DNA of 64,000 nucleotides from Deltaproteobacteria bacterium (GCA_021162935.1 JAGGXR010000162.1:21159-85158), one strand, 5' to 3'; positions 36,965 to 47,259 are shown, counted from the stretch's first letter. Notes: generated by a model from the sequence alone, not told the origin. Numbers and translations: made by a program.

Positions 36965-38188
36965 ATGCTGCTCAAGATGGCCTTTCGAAATCTGTGGCGC
37001 CGCAAGTTCAGAACCCTGCTGACGGCTCTAGCCCTCGGTCTGAGCTATGCCATGACCGTAATCTTTATGGGCCTGGCGGACGGCAGTCACGAACAGATGG
37101 CAGACATTGGCATAAGACTCAAAGCCGGCCATGTCGTGGTGCAGGGCAAGGGATATGCTAAGAAAAAGCGCCTGGAAATCCGGGTCTTTCATCCAAACCG
37201 AATCGATGCGATCGTCCATGACATCGACCCAACCGTGATCGTGTGCCACCGTATCTTCGCCATGGCGGCCCTGCGATCCGCCGACGGCATGGTGCGCCTC
37301 GACTCTCTCGTCGGGATCCAACCGGCTCGTGAGGCGAAAATATCCGAAATCGCCAAACACATGGTGGCCGGTTCGTTCCTCAAGCCGGGCCAAAAGGGAA
37401 TCGTCATCGGCGCACAGGCCGCCAAGCGCCTCAAGGTGGCCCCCGGCGACAACGTCGTGTTGACCACGTCGGGCATTGCAGGACGAGCCCAGGAAAAAAT
37501 GCCCGTGAAGGGAATCTTTCGCACTGCCGGCCAGGCCGTGGACACGGGATACGCGCAGATCGACCTGACCACGGCCCAAAGAATGTTGGGCATGGACCAC
37601 AGTGTCACGCAAGTCGCCCTGTTCGCCAACCTCAAAAAGACGAGGCGCCTCGCCCACGAACTGACCAAGCGGCTATCCGCCAATCTGGAAATCCTGACAT
37701 GGAAGCAGGCCCTGCCCATGCTCTCCCAGTTCCTCTGGCTCGACAGCGCATCCATGTGGGTCATGCTCCTGTTGATTTTCGCCATCGTGGCCGCAGGGGT
37801 TCTCAACACCGTGCTCATGTCCGTCATGGAACGAACCAAAGAATTGGGCGTGCTCAAGGCCATCGGGATGACCCCACGTCGCATCTTCTTCGAAGTCGCG
37901 GTCGAAGCGGCCCTGCTGGGCCTCATCGCGCTTGCCATCGGTCTTGCCGTCGGCTTGCCCGTCAACCACCTGGCCGAGGTCCATGGAATCGACATCAAGG
38001 CCTTTACAGGAGCCGACTCCTTCGAAGGAGCCGGCGTTGCCATGACCGGAAAGATGTACTCGAAACTCTATCTCCTGCCGGTCCTCTGGACGAGCATCGG
38101 CATGGTCCTGCTCACTGTGCTGTCGGCCCTGTACCCAGGCTGGAAAGCCGCCCGGCTTAAGCCTGTCACCGCCATCCACCGAACCTGA
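36965..38188 (+). CDS. ABC transporter permease, FtsX/MacB family
   Basis: Same architecture as the upstream gene without the insert (VLNTVLMSVMERTKELGVLKAIGMTPRR). Confidence 0.8.
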   Translation: MLLKMAFRNLWRRKFRTLLTALALGLSYAMTVIFMGLADGSHEQMADIGIRLKAGHVVVQGKGYAKKKRLEIRVFHPNRIDAIVHDIDPTVIVCHRIFAMAALRSADGMVRLDSLVGIQPAREAKISEIAKHMVAGSFLKPGQKGIVIGAQAAKRLKVAPGDNVVLTTSGIAGRAQEKMPVKGIFRTAGQAVDTGYAQIDLTTAQRMLGMDHSVTQVALFANLKKTRRLAHELTKRLSANLEILTWKQALPMLSQFLWLDSASMWVMLLLIFAIVAAGVLNTVLMSVMERTKELGVLKAIGMTPRRIFFEVAVEAALLGLIALAIGLAVGLPVNHLAEVHGIDIKAFTGADSFEGAGVAMTGKMYSKLYLLPVLWTSIGMVLLTVLSALYPGWKAARLKPVTAIHRT

Positions 38189-38198
38189 TTCGAGGCGC

Positions 38199-38897
38199 AT
38201 GATGACGAAAGAAAACATCGTAGAACTTCACGACGTGACAAAGATTTATCGGCAAGGCACCATCGACGTGCCAGCCTTGAACGGCGTTGATCTCTGCATT
38301 CCCAAAGGAGGCTTCGCCGCGGTCAGTGGCCCATCCGGATCCGGCAAAACCACCCTCTTCAACATGATCGGTGGTTTGGACCGACCAACCTCAGGATCGG
38401 TCGTGATCCAAGGCCAGGACCTATCGAGCCTGTCCCAATCCGCGTTGGCAAAACTCCGCCTCTTCAAGGTGGGATTCGTGTTCCAGGCTTATAATCTGGT
38501 GCCCGTCCTGACCGCCTACGAGAACGCGGAATTGGTGCTGGCCATGCAAGGCATGCCACCGGCTGAGCGAAAGAAACGGGTCACCAAAATCCTCACCGAG
38601 GTGGGTCTCAAAGATATGATGCACCGTCGCCCCTATGAAATGAGCGGCGGACAGCAGCAGCGCGTGGCCGTGGCCAGGGCCGTGGTGGCGCACCCAACCA
38701 TCGTGCTGGCCGACGAGCCCACTGCCAACCTGGATTCGAAAACCGGTGGCGCCCTACTCGACATGATGCACTCCTTGAACGAACACCACGGAACCACGTT
38801 CCTGCTTGCCACCCACGATCCGATGGTCATGGAACGGGCTCCACGGGTCATCCACATGGTGGACGGCGCCATCGCAACCGACCAAACCAAGGATTGA
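38199..38897 (+). CDS. ABC transporter ATP-binding protein (LolD/MacB-type)
   Basis: Walker A GPSGSGKTT, Q-loop, signature LSGGQQQRVAVARA, Walker B VLADEPT. Confidence 0.9.
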   Translation: MMTKENIVELHDVTKIYRQGTIDVPALNGVDLCIPKGGFAAVSGPSGSGKTTLFNMIGGLDRPTSGSVVIQGQDLSSLSQSALAKLRLFKVGFVFQAYNLVPVLTAYENAELVLAMQGMPPAERKKRVTKILTEVGLKDMMHRRPYEMSGGQQQRVAVARAVVAHPTIVLADEPTANLDSKTGGALLDMMHSLNEHHGTTFLLATHDPMVMERAPRVIHMVDGAIATDQTKD

Positions 38898-38901
38898 CCC
38901 T

Positions 38902-40308
38902 ATGCGTGGTCCCAGGAGAATCATCGTCCTGTACGGACTGCTCATCGGGGCCCTATGGCCCCACACGGGCCGGGCGGTTCCCATCAAGGAAGGCGACCGC
39001 TGGACCATCAACCTGGACGGAGCACTCAAAGGATACGGCCTGGCCATGCACATGGCGTATCCCTGGACCGCCGTCGCGGCCATGGGATGGTCTTCCCGAA
39101 GCGCCCTAATGGGGCTCGGAGACGCCAGACTTAAATTCACAGGAAGCTATAAGGACCGGGTCAAATGGAAGGTGCATCTACGCACCGTTGGGTTGATCAG
39201 CAGCCAACCTGGTGCGACCCAAGGTCTGAGCGGCGGAGTGGGCGCCCTGGCCGAACCCGCGCGGTCCCTGCCCATGCAGTACACTGACAGCGACGACCCA
39301 TCGGTCATCTGGAAGAGCGAGGTGGACCGACTGGCGGTCAAGATTCGAATCTGGAAGTTGGACGTGACCATCGGCAGGCAGGCCATCGGTTTCGGGGTGG
39401 GATTCGTCTGGCAGCCTGCGGATCTCCTCGGCACCTTCTCTCCTCTGGAGGTGGACCGTGAATTCAAGCCGGGCCTCGACGCCCTGCGCATCGACTGGGC
39501 CCTGGGCCAGTTCACGTCTCTCACCCTGGTGGGAGTTGCCGGCGGACCGCCCTGTCGCCACGTTCAGGTCCCCACACCCTCCAGCCCGTTGACCCCGTCG
39601 AAATGGTCCACCCCCGACGGCAAGACCTGCTCGCCCGGAAGGCCGTCGTTCGATCCGAACCACTCGGCTTTGGCCATGCGCCTGAGGACCACGGTGGGCA
39701 ATTTCGACCTGGGCGCCCTGATTGGATACATCCGGGGTGATATCGTGGCCGGACTCTTCGCCGCTGGCGCCATCGGACGCTGGAAGCTCCGGGCCGAGGC
39801 GACCTTGACCCACGATCTCGATGCGAACGATCTCGACGGGCCCTACTGGTCACCGGTCAACGACTTCGTTCGAGCCGTGGTGGGGTTCAACTATGCGTTC
39901 CACACGAAGAAGTCGCTGAGCATCCTTGCGGAGTTCTACTACAACGGATTCGGCACCTGGGATCGCACGGCCTACCTGCGTCGGGCGACCCTCGCCCGAG
40001 TGGCAGAGTTTGCCGAGGTCTCCAATCTGGGCATGATCTACGCGGCCACCGGCCTCCAATGGCAGCCAGCCGACCGTCTGAGCACCACGTTTCTCGCCAT
40101 GGCCAACCTGCGCGACCCGAGCGTCCACCTCAGCCTGACGGCTGAGTTCAACCTGACGGACAACTCCTCTTTGGCCGTGGGTGGTTTCCTACCCATCGGC
40201 AAAAGCCCTAACCTGGATTTTACCGGCAGCCTCCCCGAACTCAAGAGCCGATCCGAATTCGGCCTCTACCCCACCATGATCTTTACCGAGTACAAACGAT
40301 ACTTTTGA
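38902..40308 (+). CDS. Hypothetical outer-membrane beta-barrel protein
   Basis: Signal peptide (RRIIVLYGLLIGALWPHTGRA). Alternating amphipathic beta-strand pattern. C-terminal aromatic residue (KRYF). Starts 5 nt after the ABC ATPase stop. Confidence 0.45.
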   Translation: MRGPRRIIVLYGLLIGALWPHTGRAVPIKEGDRWTINLDGALKGYGLAMHMAYPWTAVAAMGWSSRSALMGLGDARLKFTGSYKDRVKWKVHLRTVGLISSQPGATQGLSGGVGALAEPARSLPMQYTDSDDPSVIWKSEVDRLAVKIRIWKLDVTIGRQAIGFGVGFVWQPADLLGTFSPLEVDREFKPGLDALRIDWALGQFTSLTLVGVAGGPPCRHVQVPTPSSPLTPSKWSTPDGKTCSPGRPSFDPNHSALAMRLRTTVGNFDLGALIGYIRGDIVAGLFAAGAIGRWKLRAEATLTHDLDANDLDGPYWSPVNDFVRAVVGFNYAFHTKKSLSILAEFYYNGFGTWDRTAYLRRATLARVAEFAEVSNLGMIYAATGLQWQPADRLSTTFLAMANLRDPSVHLSLTAEFNLTDNSSLAVGGFLPIGKSPNLDFTGSLPELKSRSEFGLYPTMIFTEYKRYF

Positions 40309-40471
40309 CCGAGACCTTGCTTCCGATCCATGTATTTCGTGCCCGTCTTCTTCAGGCATCCCTTGCGCTTCGAGGCAACGCACGGGATCCCAACGTTGGC
40401 ACACGCTTCGTCGCCATGATTGACAATGAACCCGTGGATCGGATAATGCAGACAAAGAAAGTTGGGCAGAC

Positions 40472-40780
40472 ATGGCACAAAAAGAAAAAATCGAGCCAGC
40501 CGGGATCCAAAAAGACAACAAGCAGTTCTTGTATTACATCAAGAATGGTCGGGTCTATCGCATCAGAAAAAAACGCTCCGTCGAGCCGAAACCAAAGCCC
40601 GAAGTGGCCTATGAAGGCACGATCCAGCAGGAGCCCGGCTTTATCTACTTCGTGGACGAAGACGGTGACATCTCACGGGTTCCCAGGGCAAAGGGGAAAA
40701 AAACCATCAAGACTCCGAAGCGAAAAAACCAGAAGTCCAAGAAAACCACGGCCAAGCGTCGCATCCCATCGAAAACCTGA
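40472..40780 (+). CDS. Lysine-rich small basic protein (102 aa) in a low-GC islet
   Basis: ORF with AAA/AAG-rich codons. Internal duplicated motif (FLYYIKNGRVYRI / FIYFVDEDGDISRV). KK-rich tails. Local GC is clearly lower than the flanks. Preferred over the 229-aa ORF in another frame. Confidence 0.4.
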   Translation: MAQKEKIEPAGIQKDNKQFLYYIKNGRVYRIRKKRSVEPKPKPEVAYEGTIQQEPGFIYFVDEDGDISRVPRAKGKKTIKTPKRKNQKSKKTTAKRRIPSKT

Positions 40781-40788
40781 CGGCAGAA

Positions 40789-41877
40789 TCATGGTGCTGC
40801 CAGTCGGAATCGAAACGCGACCCGACGCGTCCACCAGGGCGGCGGCGTCTGCCCCGGTGGAGGATAGCCCGGCGGCTCGGCCATGGACCGAACCCGCGAG
40901 GCACCCACGCCGAAACGCACCAAGGCGGCTGCCACCTTCTTCGCCCGTCGCATACCCAGATCGGCAGCCTCCTGGTCTGCGGCATGGGCAATGACCATGA
41001 CCCAGATCTTTGGGTAGATCTTGAGCACATCAGCCAGACGACGAATCGCCAGCAGGGCCCGACCGGACAGTCGATCCGATCCCACTTCGAAATGCGTATC
41101 GGCCGGCGCCAGCTTTCCATGAAGCACCGTACAGCCCTTTTCATCCACAGCAACCGACGGCGCCGTAATAGGACACAGATCCGAAGCGTCGGCCACCGAG
41201 TCCCCGTCGCGGTCTCCTGGCTTGCCCACCAAATTCGGCTCGGCCATGACCTCGGCCACAAGCCTGGGTTTGGCGGTGGACCTGCGCCGCACGACTCGTT
41301 TTGGATAGGTAAACGCCACGGACAGGCCGAAGGTCACGAAAATGGGATCCTTGGCATGGGGAAACACGACCTGTCCGTACCGAACATACAGGCCCATCTG
41401 GAGCGGTGACACCACGGACAACTGGTATCCGAGGCCGAAACCATACGTGAACCAATTCTTCTTTCCCGAAACCGTCGGCGCATATGTATAGCCCACCGAT
41501 GCATCCACGCACAAAGCGCCCAGGATGCTCCCTTTGCCAGCACCGGAAGGCCAAAGATTGGCCGGATATCCTGATTCGTCACTGAGAGGACGAAACCGCA
41601 CCCCGGCCAGGACCGACTGGACCCCTGACTTGCCCGGCAGGAAGTCGAAACGATAGCCGACCTGAGGCGCCAGCATGGGAAAGACCGGCAAAGGATAGTC
41701 GGCCTTGAGGCCCAAATCCAAGCCGAAGCGCTTGACCCCAGGCGCCGCCGTATCCGTTGCGAGCGCCGCAGCGCCCACGTTCACCTCGATATTCCATTTG
41801 CCTCGTTCCGCGCGGGACTGAGACCCGGACAGACACAGCAGGACAATGGCACAGACGATTCGCTTGAAAGATCCCAC
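40789..41877 (-). CDS. OmpA-family outer-membrane protein (N-terminal beta-barrel + C-terminal OmpA peptidoglycan-binding domain)
   Basis: Signal peptide. C-terminal OmpA-like domain (DSDGDGVADASDLCP...VGSDRL...LKIYPKIWVMVIAHAD...LGMRRAKKVAAAL). Confidence 0.7.
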   Translation of the reverse strand: MGSFKRIVCAIVLLCLSGSQSRAERGKWNIEVNVGAAALATDTAAPGVKRFGLDLGLKADYPLPVFPMLAPQVGYRFDFLPGKSGVQSVLAGVRFRPLSDESGYPANLWPSGAGKGSILGALCVDASVGYTYAPTVSGKKNWFTYGFGLGYQLSVVSPLQMGLYVRYGQVVFPHAKDPIFVTFGLSVAFTYPKRVVRRRSTAKPRLVAEVMAEPNLVGKPGDRDGDSVADASDLCPITAPSVAVDEKGCTVLHGKLAPADTHFEVGSDRLSGRALLAIRRLADVLKIYPKIWVMVIAHAADQEAADLGMRRAKKVAAALVRFGVGASRVRSMAEPPGYPPPGQTPPPWWTRRVAFRFRLAAP

Positions 41878-41944
41878 TCGTTGCCTCCACGGACAGAACG
41901 CCTTATCCAGCCTGGATCATGGCTTCCTGAAGGAATTTTTTCGA

Positions 41945-43360
41945 TCACGCCGTTCTCGGCCGTCGATAGTCGATACCCGTCTCGGCGCAGGCTGCGTCGA
42001 GCATCTTTGCTGCCAACTCGTTGTGACGAGCCGTCACCTCCGACTCGTCGATGCGCACAATCCGCCCATCGCGAACCACCACCTGCCCATGCACCATGAC
42101 CCTGTCTGCCCTACGCCGAGCATTGCAAAACACGAGCGCTCCAACCGGATCATGCAACCCGCCGGCATAGGCGATGTCGTCCATGTCCCACAGAACCAAA
42201 TCAGCGGCCTTTCCTGGCTCGAGGGAGCCGATGTCGTCACGCCCCAACACCTTGGCACTGCCGCGCGTCGCCAGCCACAGCGCATCCATGGCGCTCATGG
42301 ACCCCACGCCGGTCCCAACGCGATGCACAAGCATGGCCGTTCGAATCTCAGAAAGCATGTCTGAGGCGTCGTTGCTTGCCGAACCATCTACGGCCAACCC
42401 CACGGGAACTCCGGCCTGCGTCATCTCCGGGACTCGGGCGATACCAGAGCCCAGGCGCAGATTCGATCCTGGGCAATGGGCCACCCCTGTGCCGGTCTGC
42501 GCCAACAGGGCGATCTCTTCATCGGTGTAATGGACACCGTGTGCATACCAGACATCAGGGCCAAGCCAGCCCACCTGCTCCATGAAGGCAAGGGGACGGA
42601 CCCCATGGGTCTCCAGGCAATACTGGTTCTCATCGAGGGTCTCGGCCAAATGCGTGTGGAGTCTCACCCCGGCCCGACGAGCCAACGCCGCCGTGTCCCG
42701 CATCAACTCGGGCGTGACCGAGAACGGAGAGCAGGGAGCTAAAGCCACCTGACACATGGCCAAAGGATTCGGATCGTGGTACCGGGAAATGAGCCGCTCG
42801 CTGTCCGCCAAAATGGTCGATTCGTCCTGAACCACATCGTCGGGAGGCAACCCCCCGCGGCTTCGGCCTCGACTCATCGAGCCCCGACAGACCACGAAAC
42901 GCATCCCAATCGTGGCAGCCGCCTCCACGGTCCGATCCAGCAGGTCGCCGGGCAAATCTTTGGGAAACACGTAAAAATGGTCCGACGTGGTGGTGGCCCC
43001 GGTCAGGAGCATCTCGCCCATCCCCACCAATGCGCTCACGTGGATGGCCTCGGGCGTCAGGTGCCGCCAGACTTCGTACAGGTCCACCAACCAATCGAAG
43101 AGCTTCACGTCCTCGACCCGCGGGATGGCGCGGCACAAGGTCTGATAGAGATGGTGGTGGGTGTTGACGAACCCAGGCAGAACCACCTTGCCGGAGGCGT
43201 CCCATACTTCATCCGCATCCGTGACGTCCAGCTTGGGTCCGACCGCGGTCACGACAGGTCCATCCACCAGAATGTCCGCGTCGCGATAGACGGTTCTCGC
43301 GTCATCCATGACCGCGATCGCCATGGCGTTCTTGATCCAAATCCTCTTCGTGCGTGTCAT
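41945..43360 (-). CDS. Amidohydrolase-superfamily deaminase (8-oxoguanine/guanine deaminase, SsnA/AtzB-like)
   Basis: VLPGFVNTHHHLYQTL metal-binding HxH motif and further His/Asp ligands (HTHLAE, VAHCPGSN, VGLAVDGSASND). Confidence 0.7.
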   Translation of the reverse strand: MTRTKRIWIKNAMAIAVMDDARTVYRDADILVDGPVVTAVGPKLDVTDADEVWDASGKVVLPGFVNTHHHLYQTLCRAIPRVEDVKLFDWLVDLYEVWRHLTPEAIHVSALVGMGEMLLTGATTTSDHFYVFPKDLPGDLLDRTVEAAATIGMRFVVCRGSMSRGRSRGGLPPDDVVQDESTILADSERLISRYHDPNPLAMCQVALAPCSPFSVTPELMRDTAALARRAGVRLHTHLAETLDENQYCLETHGVRPLAFMEQVGWLGPDVWYAHGVHYTDEEIALLAQTGTGVAHCPGSNLRLGSGIARVPEMTQAGVPVGLAVDGSASNDASDMLSEIRTAMLVHRVGTGVGSMSAMDALWLATRGSAKVLGRDDIGSLEPGKAADLVLWDMDDIAYAGGLHDPVGALVFCNARRRADRVMVHGQVVVRDGRIVRIDESEVTARHNELAAKMLDAACAETGIDYRRPRTA

Positions 43361-43552
43361 GGACCGATTGTTCGCGACGAAACCTTAGGCTGTCAACTGT
43401 TTTACTGTTCCTGCCATTTTTGCTGTTCCTGCCATGGCATCCGATCTCGTCAACCGTTTTTCCATTGACGCTCAAAGATCGGTCGGGCAACACTTTCACG
43501 GTCACGCCAATCCAGGCGTTCGAACGAACCTCTTTCTTCGCGAGGCTCCTCC

Positions 43553-44854
43553 ATGTCCCGATTCCGCTGGCTCCCAGCCCTAGTTGCCTTGGTCGGCGGC
43601 CTGCTCATCGCAGGTCTCGGCTCCTGGCGTTTGTTTGCCTACCGAAACAAGACGGCCCACTCCATGGCGCAAGCCGTGGCGCAACGACATCGAATCCTTG
43701 CAACGATTCTGGCCCAACTGCAGACACCAGACGCCAAAAATTCAGCCGCGGTTCGAGCAGCCATGACCACGTTCACACAACCAAGCTCACCGCTGCTCTA
43801 TGCCCTCTTGACCGATGCAACGGGCCGGCCCCAAAGAATTTGGGTGAACCGGCATCGCATGGCGAAGCACCTGTCCAAGACTCTTCCCGCGACCACGACG
43901 GCCATGGCGCCCATGCTCCAACGACTCGGCGCGACCAGGGACCTAGACCGGTTCTCCGCCCGCCTTCCCAACGGAGGCCGCCTCAAGACGTCGTTCGTCA
44001 AACCCGCCAGGCCTGGGCTGTCTTGGTGGTGGCTCGCTTTGGCCGCAGGACTGATCCTCGCATTCGCTGCTGAGGTGGGCGTCCTGCGTCCGCCAGAGAA
44101 TCCCGACACATGGATCGCCCTGGAGCGCGCGATTCAGGAACGCCAGACCAACCAGCCAGCCGCACAAACGCTACGCGACACCATCCAACAAGCAGCCTCC
44201 CTGTTGCATTCCGATGCCAAGGTGATCGCCCAGTTCAAGCACCACCTGCCTGATCAGATCCTTTCGAAACTCCTGGCAGGCGCCTCGCTGGGTGCGGACG
44301 AACGAGCCGTCACGACGATCACCATTCGCCTCGATGACATTTCGAGTCTCTATGATTCTCTTGCCATGAATCAGGTCATCGACCTGGTCAACACGTACCT
44401 CGACGTCGTGGTCGAGACCATGCACAAGCACCATGCGGTCTTGGGAAGCGTGGGGCCCGACGGCGTCAAGGCTTGGTGGGGGGCACCCGACGACATCGTG
44501 GATTCGGAGATCGTGGCCTGCCAGGCAGCCCTGGAACTGCGACGGGCTGTTTTCGAGGTGAATCGCGTCCAACAGGCGACCACCCAGCAGGTCCTCCACG
44601 TCCACGTGGGTCTGGCCACGGGGCGAGCGGTCCTGGCCAAGGTCGGCTCCGCCCGACGGATGACCTACTCCCTCATAGGCATGTCGAGCCACCGTGCGGA
44701 TGCGCTCTCCTCCGTCGCTGAGAACGACGAGATCCTCATCTGTGATCAAACGGCACGATTCGCCGAGGACCATGGTTTTCGATTGGAATGCCTATCCAGC
44801 CCAAGAACAGGACCTGCCTCCGGTCGCGTCCACAAGCTCCTTGCAGCTTCCTAG
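43553..44854 (+). CDS. Membrane-anchored class III adenylate/guanylate cyclase-like protein (possibly degenerate)
   Basis: N-terminal TM and periplasmic region, a second TM, then a cyclase-homology-like domain (TITIRLDDISSLY...GPDGVKAWWGAPDD...VHVGLATGRAVLAKVGSARRMTYSLIGMSSHRA). The canonical GFT motif is not obvious. Confidence 0.45.
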   Translation: MSRFRWLPALVALVGGLLIAGLGSWRLFAYRNKTAHSMAQAVAQRHRILATILAQLQTPDAKNSAAVRAAMTTFTQPSSPLLYALLTDATGRPQRIWVNRHRMAKHLSKTLPATTTAMAPMLQRLGATRDLDRFSARLPNGGRLKTSFVKPARPGLSWWWLALAAGLILAFAAEVGVLRPPENPDTWIALERAIQERQTNQPAAQTLRDTIQQAASLLHSDAKVIAQFKHHLPDQILSKLLAGASLGADERAVTTITIRLDDISSLYDSLAMNQVIDLVNTYLDVVVETMHKHHAVLGSVGPDGVKAWWGAPDDIVDSEIVACQAALELRRAVFEVNRVQQATTQQVLHVHVGLATGRAVLAKVGSARRMTYSLIGMSSHRADALSSVAENDEILICDQTARFAEDHGFRLECLSSPRTGPASGRVHKLLAAS

Positions 44855-44900
44855 CCCAACTCGAAACGAAGACTCCATTTTCTCCTTCCCCGCAACCCAC

Positions 44901-47108
44901 TCACACGATTCGACCATCGATCTCCCCTAATCGCGGCACGACCCTATCGATCCGAACCTGTACCAAGCTTCCCTGTCGGACGCGACGGCCCTCCACGGAC
45001 AGGGAAAGACCCACCTCTTCGAGCCGGAGAACGATGCGCCCCTGCTCCTCCCGATCCACCCGAGCCGACACGACTTGGCCGACCTTCGATTCCAACCACT
45101 TCAGGAGCCAGTACTGCTTGCTCTCCCGCTCACAGCGCGTCGCGCGCGCGACTCTTGCGTCCAATGGGCCGGCAATCGACCTGAATGCGGATTCGGACCA
45201 TTGAATACGACCCTCATCCCCAAAAGACACAATCTGGTTCAGCATGACGAGGTCGGCATAACGACGCAACGGAGAACTGACCTGCACATACGCTGGCAGC
45301 AGCCCATCTTTGCCATCACGCCAAGGACTCGAATCAATGGTAAAGCGGACCTTGGGATGTCTGGTTCCTCCAGACTTCCGAAGCAACGCTCGGCGACGCT
45401 GCAGGTATAATGCCGGTAGGTCGTGCTCCAAACAGAACGCGCCCGCTACCTCGTTGGCCGTGATCATGAAGGCGGCCACGAGCCTTCGTGCAGGCGAAGC
45501 CACGTCAAACGAATGGAGCTCCACACTGGCCCCGTGCCGACGGACACGCAAAGTCCGGCCGCGCCGATCACCCGTCCCGGGCGCCGCGTCCCGCCCCTGC
45601 ATCATGCCCCGACTCAAATCAGCGAGGATACGCACCGCCTCCATCCAGGAACCAATCGGACCGGACGCATGCCCTCCTGCCGTCGCCCCGTTCCCCAGAC
45701 AGGAACCCACCGCACCTGCGAGTCCTTCGTCCACCTGCTCGTAGGTCAAACGCCGAGCCACCGTGGTCCATGCGCGACGCAACCCGCGATCGACCACCTG
45801 CCCCCCGCGATCGAAATCCACCCAAATGGCCAGGACCCGACGGGGCTCTCCCACGATGAGACTCGCTGCCTGCTCGGACAGGACGGCCGGCAGCATGAGC
45901 ACTTTGCCCGAAGGAAGATAGAGGGTGCGGCCTCGGCGGGCAGCCTCACGCTCCACAGGTCCACCTCGGGGAACGAACTGGGTCGGATCCGCAATCACGA
46001 TCCAGACGCGCCAGCCCCCGTCCGTGACGACCACGCCCAGGCCATCGTCAATCTCGGTGGTGTCCTCGTCGTCGATGGTCCAGATCGCAACCTGGTCCAA
46101 CTCGGACGACGGGCGGACCTCCACCGCTGTCCCCCGTTGCGCGCCTCCGGCAACCGACCCTGCGGCCGCCACCATGTCTTGAGCAGCGCAAACCACATCT
46201 CCGGAAAAACTTCGGCAAAGTCCATGGCGCCGAAGGCAGAGTTCCTCATCCTCCGTCCACAGGCCAAGCGCCGTCAGGACACGAAAGGCAGAATACCAGG
46301 CAGGATCCCGAGCCAGCCCCAGATCCTCGAACAAACCGAACGCCTCGTGCAGGTCCTCACGCGGACGATCCAGGCCAACGTCGAACAGGAGATCTTGCCA
46401 GTATTGCACAGCACACGATCCCTGCGTCGACGCAGCCGGGGCCGGCCAAAGATCCGGCTCGGCGACATCCTTTCCCGCGCGGCCCGACCTGCTCCGCATC
46501 GCGGCCCGGACCCGTGCGACCAACCAACTCCTGGCATCCAGCCTCGCCTCTTGCTCGGCCAGGCGCTTCCGGTCTGCCTCGACATCCTCCTGGGTCCGCA
46601 CCTCGAAAATACCGTTCTTGTGGGACAAGAACCGGACACCGTCGGAAAAGAGCGCCCAAAGAAACGTGAACCGTACGCGAAGTTCCGACGGTGGCACGTT
46701 GCCACTGTTCCGCCCAACCGATTCGAACTTGGCCGACTCGAACTGCTCAGCCAGCACCTTCCAATGCAGCCGCCGTGGCCGCTCGGCCCGTACCAGCATC
46801 CAAAGAGCCTCGAGGTCCACACGCCTGGCGTCGCGCTCCACCCTGCGCCGAACCCGCGCCAACGCATCGAACAGGTCGCCGCGTGACTCCGTCGTGTCCA
46901 ACCGCTCGCCGAGAACAGCGAGGACCCGACGTGCCTCCACCCTGGCCGGACCAACCCGGTCCACGAGCACATCCAACCGCGCTGCGCCCCGACGCCCCCG
47001 GCCCACATTGAGGACCACGGCCAACACGGAACGACCCGCATCCTTGAGCAGGCACAAAGAGCCGGAAACCATCGGCTTTGACACAGTCCCCACCCTCATC
47101 TCATCCAA
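44901..47108 (-). CDS. RNase II/RNase R family 3'-5' exoribonuclease
   Basis: RNB catalytic motif (AIWTIDDEDTTEIDDGLGVV). C-terminal S1-like region. 735 aa. Confidence 0.7.
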   Translation of the reverse strand: MDEMRVGTVSKPMVSGSLCLLKDAGRSVLAVVLNVGRGRRGAARLDVLVDRVGPARVEARRVLAVLGERLDTTESRGDLFDALARVRRRVERDARRVDLEALWMLVRAERPRRLHWKVLAEQFESAKFESVGRNSGNVPPSELRVRFTFLWALFSDGVRFLSHKNGIFEVRTQEDVEADRKRLAEQEARLDARSWLVARVRAAMRSRSGRAGKDVAEPDLWPAPAASTQGSCAVQYWQDLLFDVGLDRPREDLHEAFGLFEDLGLARDPAWYSAFRVLTALGLWTEDEELCLRRHGLCRSFSGDVVCAAQDMVAAAGSVAGGAQRGTAVEVRPSSELDQVAIWTIDDEDTTEIDDGLGVVVTDGGWRVWIVIADPTQFVPRGGPVEREAARRGRTLYLPSGKVLMLPAVLSEQAASLIVGEPRRVLAIWVDFDRGGQVVDRGLRRAWTTVARRLTYEQVDEGLAGAVGSCLGNGATAGGHASGPIGSWMEAVRILADLSRGMMQGRDAAPGTGDRRGRTLRVRRHGASVELHSFDVASPARRLVAAFMITANEVAGAFCLEHDLPALYLQRRRALLRKSGGTRHPKVRFTIDSSPWRDGKDGLLPAYVQVSSPLRRYADLVMLNQIVSFGDEGRIQWSESAFRSIAGPLDARVARATRCERESKQYWLLKWLESKVGQVVSARVDREEQGRIVLRLEEVGLSLSVEGRRVRQGSLVQVRIDRVVPRLGEIDGRIV

Positions 47109-47259
47109 GACATCGACTCATGCAGAACCGTCCTTCTCGCGACGAGCACCTCGTGACATTGGGGCTTCATCCTTGAAAACACCTCCCAACCGGCGGTAAA
47201 ACGACCCTGCGATGAGGCAGGTGCCGCCAATGGACCCCAACATACGGGAGGAACGAACG

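Noticed and set aside
40305-40994. 229-aa ORF across the low-GC islet
   Set aside because: Low-complexity (KKKKSS.../PRKPRP) translation, without an RBS. The 102-aa ORF in another frame has more protein-like composition. Neither is certain.
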